64,000 nucleotides of DNA, taken from contig OZ024746.1 of assembly GCA_964016885.1 (NCBI GenBank), forward strand, positions 52,266,001 to 52,330,000, read 5' to 3'. Below, in pieces: positions 1 to 13,600 of the stretch (position 1 is its first letter; every line of letters begins with the position of its first letter). The position numbers were made by a program, and so were the translations under genes. Source of the DNA: Eledone cirrhosa. Its lineage: Eukaryota. The notes below the pieces were generated by a model. The model saw nothing but the letters and a program-made list of their open reading frames with translations, was not told the DNA's origin and did no database searches.

Positions 1-3000
1 TTCTATGTATTAGGTATGTTATACTGAGTATGGAGTAGTGTATGGTATAGAATGGTGTATATAGGTGTATGTTGTATGGTATGGAATTCTATGAATTGGG
101 TATGTTATATTTAGTATGGAGTAATGTATGGTATAGAATGGTGTATATAGGTGTGTGTTGTATGGTATGGAATTCTATGTATTGAGTATGTTATATTTAG
201 TATGGAGTAGTGTATGGCATAGACTGGTGTATACAGGTGTGTGTTGTATGGTATGGAATGCTATGTATTGGGTATGTTATACTTTGTATGGAGTAGTGTA
301 TGGTATAGGATGGTGTATATAGGTGTGTGTTGTATGGTATGGAATTCTATGTATTGGGTATGTTATACTTAGTATGGAGTAGTGTATGGTATAGAATGGT
401 GTATATAGGTGTGTGTTGTATGGTATGGAATTCTATATATTGGGTATGTTATCTTTAATATGGAGTAGTGTATGGTATAGAATGGTGTATAAAGCAGTGT
501 GTTGTATGGTATGGAATTCTATGTATTAGGTATGTTATACTTTGAATAGAGTAGTGTATGATATAGTATGGTATATATAGATGTGTGTTGTATGGTATGG
601 AATTCTATGTATTGGGTATGTTATATTTAGTATGGAGAAGTGTATGGTATAGAATGGTGTATATAGGTGTGTGTTGTATGGTATGGAATTCTATGTATTG
701 GGTATGTTATACTTTGTATGGAGTAGTGTATGTTATAGAATGGTGTATATAGGTGTGTGTTGTATGATATCGAATTCTATGTATTGGGTATGTTATACTT
801 TGTATGGAGTAGTGTATGGTATAGAATGGTGTATATAGGTGTGTGTTGTATGGTATGGAATTCTATGTATTGGTTATGTTATACTTAGTATGGAGTAGTG
901 TATGGTATAGACTGGTGGATATAGGTGTGTGTTGTATGGTATGGAATTCTATGTATTCGGTATGTTATACATAGTATGGAGTAGTGTATGGTATAGAATG
1001 GTGTATATAGGTGTGTGTTGTATGGTATGGAATTCTATGTATTGGTTATGTTATATTTAGTATGGAGTAGTGTATGGTATAGAATGGTGTATATAGGTGT
1101 GTGTTGTATGGTATGGAATTCTATGAATTGGTTATGTTATATTTAGTATGGAGTAGTGTATGGTATAGAATGGTGTATATAGGTGTGTGTTGTATGGTAT
1201 GGAATTCTATGTATTGGGTATGTTATATTTAGTATCGAGTAGTGTATGGTATAGAATGGTGTATATAGGTGTGTGTTGTATGGTATGGAATTCTACGTAT
1301 TGGGTATGTTATACTTAGTATGGAGTAGTGTATGGCATAGACTGTTGTATATAGGTGTGTGTTGTATGGTATGGAATGCTATGTATTGGGTATGTTATAC
1401 TTTGTATGGAGTAGTGTATGGTATAGAATGGTGTATATAGGTGTGTGTTGTATGGTATTGAATTCTATGTATGGTGTATGTTATACTTAATATGGAGTAG
1501 TGTATGGTATAGAATGGTGTATATAGGTGTGTGTTGTATGGTATGGAATTCTATATATTGGGTATGTTATATTTAGTATGGAGTAGTGTATGGCATAGAC
1601 TGGTGTATATAGGTGTGTGTTGTATGGTATGGAATGCTATGTATTGGGTATGTTATACTTTGTATGGAGTAGTGTATGGTATATTATGGTGTATATAGGT
1701 GTGTGTTGTATGGAATTCTATGTATTGGGTATGTTATACTTAGTATGGAGTAGTTTATGGTATATAATGGTGTATATAGGTGTGTGTTGTATGGTATGGA
1801 ATTCTATGTATTGATTATGTTAAACTTAGTATGGAGTAGTGTATGGCATAGAATGTTGTATATAGGTGTGTGTTGTATGGTATGGAATTCTATGTATTGG
1901 GTATGTTATACTTAGTATGGAGTAGTGTATGCCATAGACTGGTGTATATAGGTGTGTGTTGTATGGTATGGAATTCTATGTATTCGGTATGTTATACTTA
2001 GTATGGAGTAGTGTATGGTATAGTATGGTGTATATAGGTGTGTCTTGTATGGTAAGGAATTCTATGTATTAGGTATGTTATACTTAGTATGGAGTAGTGT
2101 ATGGTATAGAATGCTGTATATAGGTGTGTGTCGTATGGTATGGAATTCTATGTATTAGGTATGTTATACTGAGTATGGAGTAGTGTCTGTTATAGAATGG
2201 TGTATATAGGTGTGTGTTGTATGGTATGTACTTCTATGAATTGGGTATGTTATATTTAGTATGGAGTAGTGTATGGTATAGAACGGTGTATATAGGTGTG
2301 TGTTGTATGGTATGGAATTCTATGTATTGGTTATGTTATATTTATTAGGGAGTAGTGTATGGCATAGACTGGTGTATACAGGTGTGTGTTGTATTGTATG
2401 GAATGCTATGTATTGGGTATGTTATACTTTGTATGGAGTAGTGTATGGTATAGAATGGTGTATATAGGTGTGTGTTGTATGGTATGGAATTCTATGTATT
2501 GGGTATGTTATACTGTGTATGGAGTAGTGTATGGTATAGAATGGTGTATATATGTGTGTGTTGTATGGTATGGAATTCTATGTATTAGGTATGTTATACT
2601 GAGTTTGGAGTAGTGTATGGTATAGAATGGTGTATATAGGTGTGTGTTGTATGGTATGGAATTCTATGAATTGGGTATGTTATATTTAGTATGGAGTAGT
2701 GTATGGTATAGACTGGTGTATATAGGTGTGTTGTATGCTATAGAATTCTATATATTGGGTATGTTATACTTAGTATGGAGTAGTGTATGGTATAGAATGG
2801 TGTATATAGGTGTGTGTTGTATGGTATGGAATTCTATGTATTGGGTATGTTATATTTAGTATGGAGTAGTGTATGGTATAGAATGGTGTATATAGGTGTG
2901 TGTTGTATGGTTTGGAATTCTATGTATTGGGTATGTTATACTTAGTATGGAGTAGTGTATGGCATAGACTGTTGTATATAGGTGTGTGTTGTATGGTATG

Positions 3001-5661
3001 GAATGCTATGTATTGGGTATGTTATACTTTGTATGGAGTAGTGTATGGTATAGAATGGTGTATATAGGTGTGTGTTGTATGGTATTGAATTCTATGTATG
3101 GTGTATGTTATACTTAATATGGAGTAGTGTATGGTATAGAATGGTGTATATAGGTGTGTGTTGTATGGTATGGAATTCTATGAATTGGGTATGTTATATT
3201 TAGTATGGAGTAGTGTATGGTATAGCATGGTGTATATAGGTGTGTGTTGTATGGTATGGAATTCTATATATTGGGTATGTTATATTTAGTATGGAGTAGT
3301 GTATGGCATAGACTGGTGTATATAGGTGTGTGTTGTATGGTATTGAATTCTATGTATTCGGTATGTTATACTTAGTATGGAGTAGTGTATGGTATAGTAT
3401 GGTGTATATAGGTGTGTCTTGTATGGTAAGGAATTCTATGTATTAGGTATGTTATACTTTGAATAGAGTAGTGTATGGTATAGAATGGTGTATATAGGTG
3501 TGTGTTGAATGGTAGGGAATTATATGTATTGGGTATGTTATACTTAATATGGAGTAGTGTATGGTATAGAATGGTGTATATAGGTGTGTGTTGTACGGTA
3601 TGGAATTCTATGTATTAGGTATGTTATACTGAGTATGGAGTAGTGTATGGTATAGAATGGTGTATATAGGTGTGTGTTGTATGGTATCGAATTCTATGAA
3701 TTGGGTATGTTATATTTAGTATGGAGTAATGTATGGTATAGAATGGTGTATATAGGTGTGTGTTGTATGGTATGGAATTCTATGTATTGGGTATGTTATA
3801 TTTAGTATGGAGTAGTGTATGGCATAGACTGGTGTATATAGGTGTGTGTTGTATGGTATGGAATGCTATGTATTGGGTATGTTATATTTGTATGGAGTAG
3901 TGTATGGTATAGAATGGTGTATATAGGTGTGTGTTGTATGGTATGGAATTCTATGTATTGGGTATGTTATACTTAGTATGGAGTAGTGTATGGTATAGAA
4001 TGGTGTATATAGGTGTATGTTGTATGTTATGGAATTCTATATATTGGGTATGTTATCATTAATATGGAGTAGTGTATGGTATAGAATGTTGTATAAAGCA
4101 GTGTGTTGTATGGTATGGAATTCTATGTATTAGGTATGTTATACTTTGAATAGAGTAGTGTATGATATAGTATGGTATATATAGATGTGTGTTGTACGGT
4201 ATGGAATTCTATGTATTGGTTATGTTATATTTAGTATGGAGTAGTGTATGGCAAAGGCTGGTGTATATAGGTGTGTGTTGTATTGTATGGAATGCTATGT
4301 ATTGGGTATGTTATACTTTGTATCGAGTAGTGTATGGTATAGAATGGTGTATATAGGTGTGTGTTGTATGGTATGGAATTCTATGTATTGGGTATGTTAT
4401 ACTGTGTATGGAGTAGTGTATGGTATAGAATGGTGTATATATGTGTGTGTTGTATGGTATGGAATTCTATGTATTAGGTATGTTATACTGAGTTTGGAGT
4501 AGTGTATGGTATAGAATGGTGTATATAGGTGTGTGTTGTATGGTATGGAATTCTATGAATTGGGTATGTTATATTTAGTATGGAGTAGTGTATGGTATAG
4601 ACTGGTGTATATAGGTGTGTTGTATGGTATGGAATTCTATGTATTGGGTATGTTATACTTAGTATGGAGTAGTGTATGGTATAGAATGGTGTATATATGT
4701 GTGTGTTGTATGGTATGGAATTCTATGTATTGGGTATGTTATACTTAGTATGGAGTAGTGTATGGCATAGACTGTTGTATATAGGTGTGTGTTGTATGGT
4801 ATGTAATGCTATGTATTGGGTATGTTATACTTTGTATGGAGTAGTGTATGGTATAGAATGGTGTATATAGGTGTGTGTCGTATGGTATTGAATTCTATGT
4901 ATGGTGTATGTTATACTTAATATGGAGTAGTGTATGGTATAGAATGGTGTATATAGGTGTGTGTTGTATGGTATGGAATTCGATGAATTGGGTATGTTAT
5001 ATTTAGTATGGAGTAGTGTATGGTATAGCATGGTGTATATAGGTGTGTGTTGTATGGTATGGAATTCTATATATTGGGTATGTTATATTTAGTATGGAGT
5101 AGTGTATGGCATAGACTGGTGTATATAGGTGTGTGTTGTATGGTATCGAATGCTATGTATTGGGTATGTTATACTTTGTATGGAGTAGTGTATGGTATAG
5201 TATGGTGTATATAGGTGTGTGTTGTATGGAATTCTATGTATTGGGTATGTTATACTTAGTATGGAGTAGTTTATGGTATATAATGGTGTATATAGGTGTG
5301 TGTTGTATGGTATGGAATTCTATGTACTGATTATGTTAAACTTAGTATGGAGTAGTGTATGGCATAGAATGGTGTATATATGTGTGTCTTGTATGGTATG
5401 GAATTCTATGTTTTCGGTATGTTATACTTAGTATGGAGTAGTGTATGGTATAGTATGGTGTATATAGGTGTGTGTTGTATGGTAAGGAATTCTATGTATT
5501 AGGTATGTTATACTTTGAATAGAGTAGTGTATGGTATAGAATGGTGTATATAGGTGTGTGTTGAATGGTAGGGAATTATATGTATTGGGTATGTTATACT
5601 TAATATGGAGTAGTGTATGGTATAGAATGGTGTATATAGGTGTGTGTTGTACGGTATGGAA
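1..5661. repeat. Left HOR unit 1, 66 monomers (5661 bp)
   Basis: 66x86=5676, minus 15 bp. The 15 bp are the visible deletions: 5 bp at ~1710 and ~5225, 2 bp at ~2730 and ~4620, 1 bp at ~3887. Confidence 0.88.
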
Positions 5662-8600
5662 TTCTATGTATTAGGTATGTTATACTGAGTATGGAGTAGT
5701 GTATGGTATAGAATGGTGTATATAGGTGTATGTTGTATGGTATGGAATTCTATGAATTGGGTATGTTATATTTAGTATGGAGTAATGTATGGTATAGAAT
5801 GGTGTATATAGGTGTGTGTTGTATGGTATGGAATTCTATGTATTGAGTATGTTATATTTAGTATGGAGTAGTGTATGGCATAGACTGGTGTATACAGGTG
5901 TGTGTTGTATGGTATGGAATGCTATGTATTGGGTATGTTATACTTTGTATGGAGTAGTGTATGGTATAGGATGGTGTATATAGGTGTGTGTTGTATGGTA
6001 TGGAATTCTATGTATTGGGTATGTTATACTTAGTATGGAGTAGTGTATGGTATAGAATGGTGTATATAGGTGTGTGTTGTATGGTATGGAATTCTATATA
6101 TTGGGTATGTTATCTTTAATATGGAGTAGTGTATGGTATAGAATGGTGTATAAAGCAGTGTGTTGTATGGTATGGAATTCTATGTATTAGGTATGTTATA
6201 CTTTGAATAGAGTAGTGTATGATATAGTATGGTATATATAGATGTGTGTTGTATGGTATGGAATTCTATGTATTGGGTATGTTATATTTAGTATGGAGAA
6301 GTGTATGGTATAGAATGGTGTATATAGGTGTGTGTTGTATGGTATGGAATTCTATGTATTGGGTATGTTATACTTTGTATGGAGTAGTGTATGTTATAGA
6401 ATGGTGTATATAGGTGTGTGTTGTATGATATCGAATTCTATGTATTGGGTATGTTATACTTTGTATGGAGTAGTGTATGGTATAGAATGGTGTATATAGG
6501 TGTGTGTTGTATGGTATGGAATTCTATGTATTGGTTATGTTATACTTAGTATGGAGTAGTGTATGGTATAGACTGGTGGATATAGGTGTGTGTTGTATGG
6601 TATGGAATTCTATGTATTCGGTATGTTATACATAGTATGGAGTAGTGTATGGTATAGAATGGTGTATATAGGTGTGTGTTGTATGGTATGGAATTCTATG
6701 TATTGGTTATGTTATATTTAGTATGGAGTAGTGTATGGTATAGAATGGTGTATATAGGTGTGTGTTGTATGGTATGGAATTCTATGAATTGGTTATGTTA
6801 TATTTAGTATGGAGTAGTGTATGGTATAGAATGGTGTATATAGGTGTGTGTTGTATGGTATGGAATTCTATGTATTGGGTATGTTATATTTAGTATGGAG
6901 TAGTGTATGGTATAGAATGGTGTATATAGGTGTGTGTTGTATGGTATGGAATTCTACGTATTGGGTATGTTATACTTAGTATGGAGTAGTGTATGGCATA
7001 GACTGTTGTATATAGGTGTGTGTTGTATGGTATGGAATGCTATGTATTGGGTATGTTATACTTTGTATGGAGTAGTGTATGGTATAGAATGGTGTATATA
7101 GGTGTGTGTTGTATGGTATTGAATTCTATGTATGGTGTATGTTATACTTAATATGGAGTAGTGTATGGTATAGAATGGTGTATATAGGTGTGTGTTGTAT
7201 GGTATGGAATTCTATATATTGGGTATGTTATATTTAGTATGGAGTAGAGTATGGCATAGACTGGTGTATATAGGTGTGTGTTGTATGGTATGGAATGCTA
7301 TGTATTGGTTATGTTATACTTTGTATGGAGTAGTGTATGGTATAGTATGGTGTATATAGGTGTGTGTTGTATGGAATTTTATGTATTGGGTATGTTATTC
7401 TTAGTATGGAGTAGTTTATGGTATATAATGGTGTATATAGGTGTGTGTTGTATGGTATGGAATTCTATGTATTGATTATGTTAAACTTAGTATGGAGTAG
7501 TGTATGGCATAGAATGTTGTATATAGGTGTGTGTTGTATGGTATGGAATTCTATGTATTGGGTATGTTATACTTAGTATGGAGTAGTGTATGCCATAGAC
7601 TGGTGTATATAGGTGTGTGTTGTATGGTATGGAATTCTATGTATTCGGTATGTTATACTTAGTATGGAGTAGTGTATGGTATAGTATGGTGTATATAGGT
7701 GTGTCTTGTATGGTAAGGAATTCTATGTATTAGGTATGTTATACTTAGTATGGAGTAGTATATGGTATAGAATGCTGTATATAGGTGTGTGTCGTATGGT
7801 ATGGAATTCTATGTATTAGGTATGTTATACTGAGTATGGAGTAGTGTCTGTTATAGAATGGTGTATATAGGTGTGTGTTGTATGGTATGTAATTCTATGA
7901 ATTGGGTATGTTATATTTAGTATGGAGTAGTGTATGGTATAGAACGGTGTATATAGGTGTGTGTTGTATGGTATGGAATTCTATGTATTGGTTATGTTAT
8001 ATTTATTAGGGAGTAGTGTATGGCATAGACTGGTGTATACAGGTGTGTGTTGTATTGTATGGAATGCTATGTATTGGGTATGTTATACTTTGTATGGAGT
8101 AGTGTATGGTATAGAATGGTGTATATAGGTGTGTGTTGTATGGTATGGAATTCTATGTATTGGGTATGTTATACTGTGTATGGAGTAGTGTATGGTATAG
8201 AATGGTGTATATATGTGTGTGTTGTATGGTATGGAATTCTATGTATTAGGTATGTTATACTGAGTTTGGAGTAGTGTATGGTATAGAATGGTGTATATAG
8301 GTGTGTGTTGTATGGTATGGAATTCTATGTATTGGGTATGTTATATTTAGTATGGAGTAGTGTATGGTATAGAATGGTGTATATAGGTGTGTGTTGTATG
8401 GTTTGGAATTCTATGTATTGGGTATGTTATACTTAGTATGGAGTAGTGTATGGCATAGACTGTTGTATATAGGTGTGTGTTGTATGGTATGGAATGCTAT
8501 GTATTGGGTATGTTATACTTTGTATGGAGTAGTGTATGGTATAGAATGGTGTATATAGATGTGTGTTGTATGGTATTGAATTCTATGTATGGTGTATGTT

Positions 8601-10638
8601 ATACTTAATATGGAGTAGTGTATGGTATAGAATGGTGTATATAGGTGTGTGTTGTATGGTATGGAATTCTATGAATTGGGTATGTTATATTTAGTATGGA
8701 GTAGTGTATGGTATAGCATGGTGTATATAGGTGTGTGTTGTATGGTATGGAATTCTATATATTGGGTATGTTATATTTAGTATGGAGTAGTGTATGGCAT
8801 AGACTGGTGTATATAGGTGTGTGTTGTATGGTATGGAATTCTATGTATTCGGTATGTTATACTTAGTATGGAGTAGTGTATGGTATAGTATGGTGTATAT
8901 AGGTGTGTCTTGTATGGTAAGGAATTCTATGTGTAAGGTATGTTATACTTTGAATAGAGTAGTGTATGGTATAGAATGGTGTATATAGGTGTGTGTTGAA
9001 TGGTAGGGAATTATATGTATTGGGTATGTTATACTTAATATGGAGTAGTGTATGGTATAGAATGGTGTATATAGGTGTGTGTTGTACGGTATGGAATTCT
9101 ATGTATTAGGTATGTTATACTGAGTATGGAGTAGTGTATGGTATAGAATGGTGTATATAGGTGTGTGTTGTATGGTATCGAATTCTATGAATTGGGTATG
9201 TTATATTTAGTATGGAGTAATGTATGGTATAGAATGGTGTATATAGGTGTGTGTTGTATGGTATGGAATTCTATGTATTGGGTATGTTATATTTAGTATG
9301 GAGTAGTGTATGGCATAGACTGGTGTATATAGGTGTGTGTTGTATGGTATGGAATGCTATGTATTGGGTATGTTATATTTGTATGGAGTAGTGTATGGTA
9401 TAGAATGGTGTATATAGGTGTGTGTTGTATGGTATGGAATTCTATGTATTGGGTATGTTATACTTTGTATGGAGTAGTGTATGGTATAGAATGGTGTATA
9501 TAGGTGTGTGTTGTATGTTATGGAATTCTATATATTGGGTATGTTATCATTAATATGGAGTAGTGTATGGTATAGAATGTTGTATAAAGCAGTGTGTTGT
9601 ATGGTATGGAATTCTATGTATTGGGTATGTTATACTTAGTATGGAGTAGTGTATGGTATAGAATGGTGTATATAGGTGTGTGTTGTATGGTATGGAATTC
9701 TATGTATTGGGTATGTTATACTTAGTATGGAGTAGTGTATGGCATAGACTGTTGTATATAGGTGTGTGTTGTATGGTATGTAATGCTATGTATTGGGTAT
9801 GTTATACTTTGTATGGAGTAGTGTATGGTATAGAATGGTGTATATAGGTGTGTGTCGTATGGTATTGAATTCTATGTATGGTGTATGTTATACTTAATAT
9901 GGAGTAGTGTATGGTATAGAATGGTGTATATAGGTGTGTGTTGTATGGTATGGAATTCGATGAATTGGGTATGTTATATTTAGTATGGAGTAGTGTATGG
10001 TATAGCATGGTGTATATAGGTGTGTGTTGTATGGTATGGAATTCTATATATTGGGTATGTTATATTTAGTATGGAGTAGTGTATGGCATAGACTGGTGTA
10101 TATAGGTGTGTGTTGTATGGTATCGAATGCTATGTATTGGGTATGTTATACTTTGTATGGAGTAGTGTATGGTATAGTATGGTGTATATAGGTGTGTGTT
10201 GTATGGAATTCTATGTATTGGGTATGTTATACTTAGTATGGAGTAGTTTATGGTATATAATGGTGTATATAGGTGTGTGTTGTATGGTATGGAATTCTAT
10301 GTACTGATTATGTTAAACTTAGTATGGAGTAGTGTATGGCATAGAATGGTGTATATATGTGTGTCTTGTATGGTATGGAATTCTATGTTTTCGGTATGTT
10401 ATACTTAGTATGGAGTAGTGTATGGTATAGTATGGTGTATATAGGTGTGTGTTGTATGGTAAGGAATTCTATGTATTAGGTATGTTATACTTTGAATAGA
10501 GTAGTGTATGGTATAGAATGGTGTATATAGGTGTGTGTTGAATGGTAGGGAATTATATGTATTGGGTATGTTATACTTAATATGGAGTAGTGTATGGTAT
10601 AGAATGGTGTATATAGGTGTGTGTTGTACGGTATGGAA
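5662..10638. repeat. Left HOR unit 2, 58 monomers (4977 bp)
   Basis: 58x86=4988, minus 11 (5+5+1). ORF pairs 4825/9802, 5133/10110, 7278/12255 and 8047/13024 are all offset by 4977. Confidence 0.88.
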
Positions 10639-13600
10639 TTCTATGTATTAGGTATGTTATACTGAGTATGGAGTAGTGTATGGTATAGAATGGTGTATAT
10701 AGGTGTATGTTGTATGGTATGGAATTCTATGAATTGGGTATGTTATATTTAGTATGGAGTAATGTATGGTATAGAATGGTGTATATAGGTGTGTGTTGTA
10801 TGGTATGGAATTCTATGTATTGAGTATGTTATATTTAGTATGGAGTAGTGTATGGCATAGACTGGTGTATACAGGTGTGTGTTGTATGGTATGGAATGCT
10901 ATGTATTGGGTATGTTATACTTTGTATGGAGTAGTGTATGGTATAGGATGGTGTATATAGGTGTGTGTTGTATGGTATGGAATTCTATGTATTGGGTATG
11001 TTATACTTAGTATGGAGTAGTGTATGGTATAGAATGGTGTATATAGGTGTGTGTTGTATGGTATGGAATTCTATATATTGGGTATGTTATCTTTAATATG
11101 GAGTAGTGTATGGTATAGAATGGTGTATAAAGCAGTGTGTTGTATGGTATGGAATTCTATGTATTAGGTATGTTATACTTTGAATAGAGTAGTGTATGAT
11201 ATAGTATGGTATATATAGATGTGTGTTGTATGGTATGGAATTCTATGTATTGGGTATGTTATATTTAGTATGGAGAAGTGTATGGTATAGAATGGTGTAT
11301 ATAGGTGTGTGTTGTATGGTATGGAATTCTATGTATTGGGTATGTTATACTTTGTATGGAGTAGTGTATGTTATAGAATGGTGTATATAGGTGTGTGTTG
11401 TATGATATCGAATTCTATGTATTGGGTATGTTATACTTTGTATGGAGTAGTGTATGGTATAGAATGGTGTATATAGGTGTGTGTTGTATGGTATGGAATT
11501 CTATGTATTGGTTATGTTATACTTAGTATGGAGTAGTCTATGGTATAGACTGGTGGATATAGGTGTGTGTTGTATGGTATGGAATTCTATGTATTCGGTA
11601 TGTTATACATAGTATGGAGTAGTGTATGGTATAGAATGGTGTATATAGGTGTGTGTTGTATGGTATGGAATTCTATGTATTGGTTATGTTATATTTAGTA
11701 TGGAGTAGTGTATGGTATAGAATGGTGTATATAGGTGTGTGTTGTATGGTATGGAATTCTATGAATTGGTTATGTTATATTTAGTATGGAGTAGTGTATG
11801 GTATAGAATGGTGTATATAGGTGTGTGTTGTATGGTATGGAATTCTATGTATTGGGTATGTTATATTTAGTATGGAGTAGTGTATGGTATAGAATGGTGT
11901 ATATAGGTGTGTGTTGTATGGTATGGAATTCTACGTATTGGGTATGTTATACTTAGTATGGAGTAGTGTATGGCATAGACTGTTGTATATAGGTGTGTGT
12001 TGTATGGTATGGAATGCTATGTATTGGGTATGTTATACTTTGTATGGAGTAGTGTATGGTATAGAATGGTGTATATAGGTGTGAGTTGTATGGTATTGAA
12101 TTCTATGTATGGTGTATGTTATACTTAATATGGAGTAGTGTATGGTATAGAATGGTGTATATAGGTGTGTGTTGTATGGTATGGAATTCTATATATTGGG
12201 TATGTTATATTTAGTATGGAGTAGAGTATGGCATAGACTGGTGTATATAGGTGTGTGTTGTATGGTATGGAATGCTATGTATTGGTTATGTTATACTTTG
12301 TATGGAGTAGTGTATGGTATAGTATGGTGTATATAGGTGTGTGTTGTATGGAATTTTATGTATTGGGTATGTTATTCTTAGTATGGAGTAGTTTATGGTA
12401 TATAATGGTGTATATAGGTGTGTGTTGTATGGTATGGAATTCTATGTATTGATTATGTTAAACTTAGTATGGAGTAGTGTATGGCATAGAATGTTGTATA
12501 TAGGTGTGTGTTGTATGGTATGGAATTCTATGTATTGGGTATGTTATACTTAGTATGGAGTAGTGTATGCCATAGACTGGTGTATATAGGTGTGTGTTGT
12601 ATGGTATGGAATTCTATGTATTCGGTATGTTATACTTAGTATGGAGTAGTGTATGGTATAGTATGGTGTATATAGGTGTGTCTTGTATGGTAAGGAATTC
12701 TATGTATTAGGTATGTTATACTTAGTATGGAGTAGTATATGGTATAGAATGCTGTATATAGGTGTGTGTCGTATGGTATGGAATTCTATGTATTAGGTAT
12801 GTTATACTGAGTATGGAGTAGTGTCTGTTATAGAATGGTGTATATAGGTGTGTGTTGTATGGTATGTAATTCTATGAATTGGGTATGTTATATTTAGTAT
12901 GGAGTAGTGTATGGTATAGAACGGTGTATATAGGTGTGTGTTGTATGGTATGGAATTCTATGTATTGGTTATGTTATATTTATTAGGGAGTAGTGTATGG
13001 CATAGACTGGTGTATACAGGTGTGTGTTGTATTGTATGGAATGCTATGTATTGGGTATGTTATACTTTGTATGGAGTAGTGTATGGTATAGAATGGTGTA
13101 TATAGGTGTGTGTTGTATGGTATGGAATTCTATGTATTGGGTATGTTATACTGTGTATGGAGTAGTGTATGGTATAGAATGGTGTATATATGTGTGTGTT
13201 GTATGGTATGGAATTCTATGTATTAGGTATGTTATACTGAGTTTGGAGTAGTGTATGGTATAGAATGGTGTATATAGGTGTGTGTTGTATGGTATGGAAT
13301 TCTATGAATTGGGTATGTTATATTTAGTATGGAGTAGTGTATGGTATAGACTGGTGTATGTAGGTGTGTTGTATGCTATAGAATTCTATATATTGGGTAT
13401 GTTATACTTAGTATGGAGTAGTGTATGGTATAGAATGGTGTATATAGGTGTGTGTTGTATGGTATGGAATTCTATGTATTGGGTATGTTATATTTAGTAT
13501 GGAGTAGTGTATGGTATAGAATGGTGTATATAGGTGTGTGTTGTATGGTTTGGAATTCTATGTATTAGGTATGTTATACTTTGAATAGAGTAGTGTATGG

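Noticed and set aside
487-497. TATA-box-like TATAAAG in landmark monomers and TATATA in every monomer
   Set aside because: These are expected in an AT-rich repeat, with no downstream gene or other promoter context.
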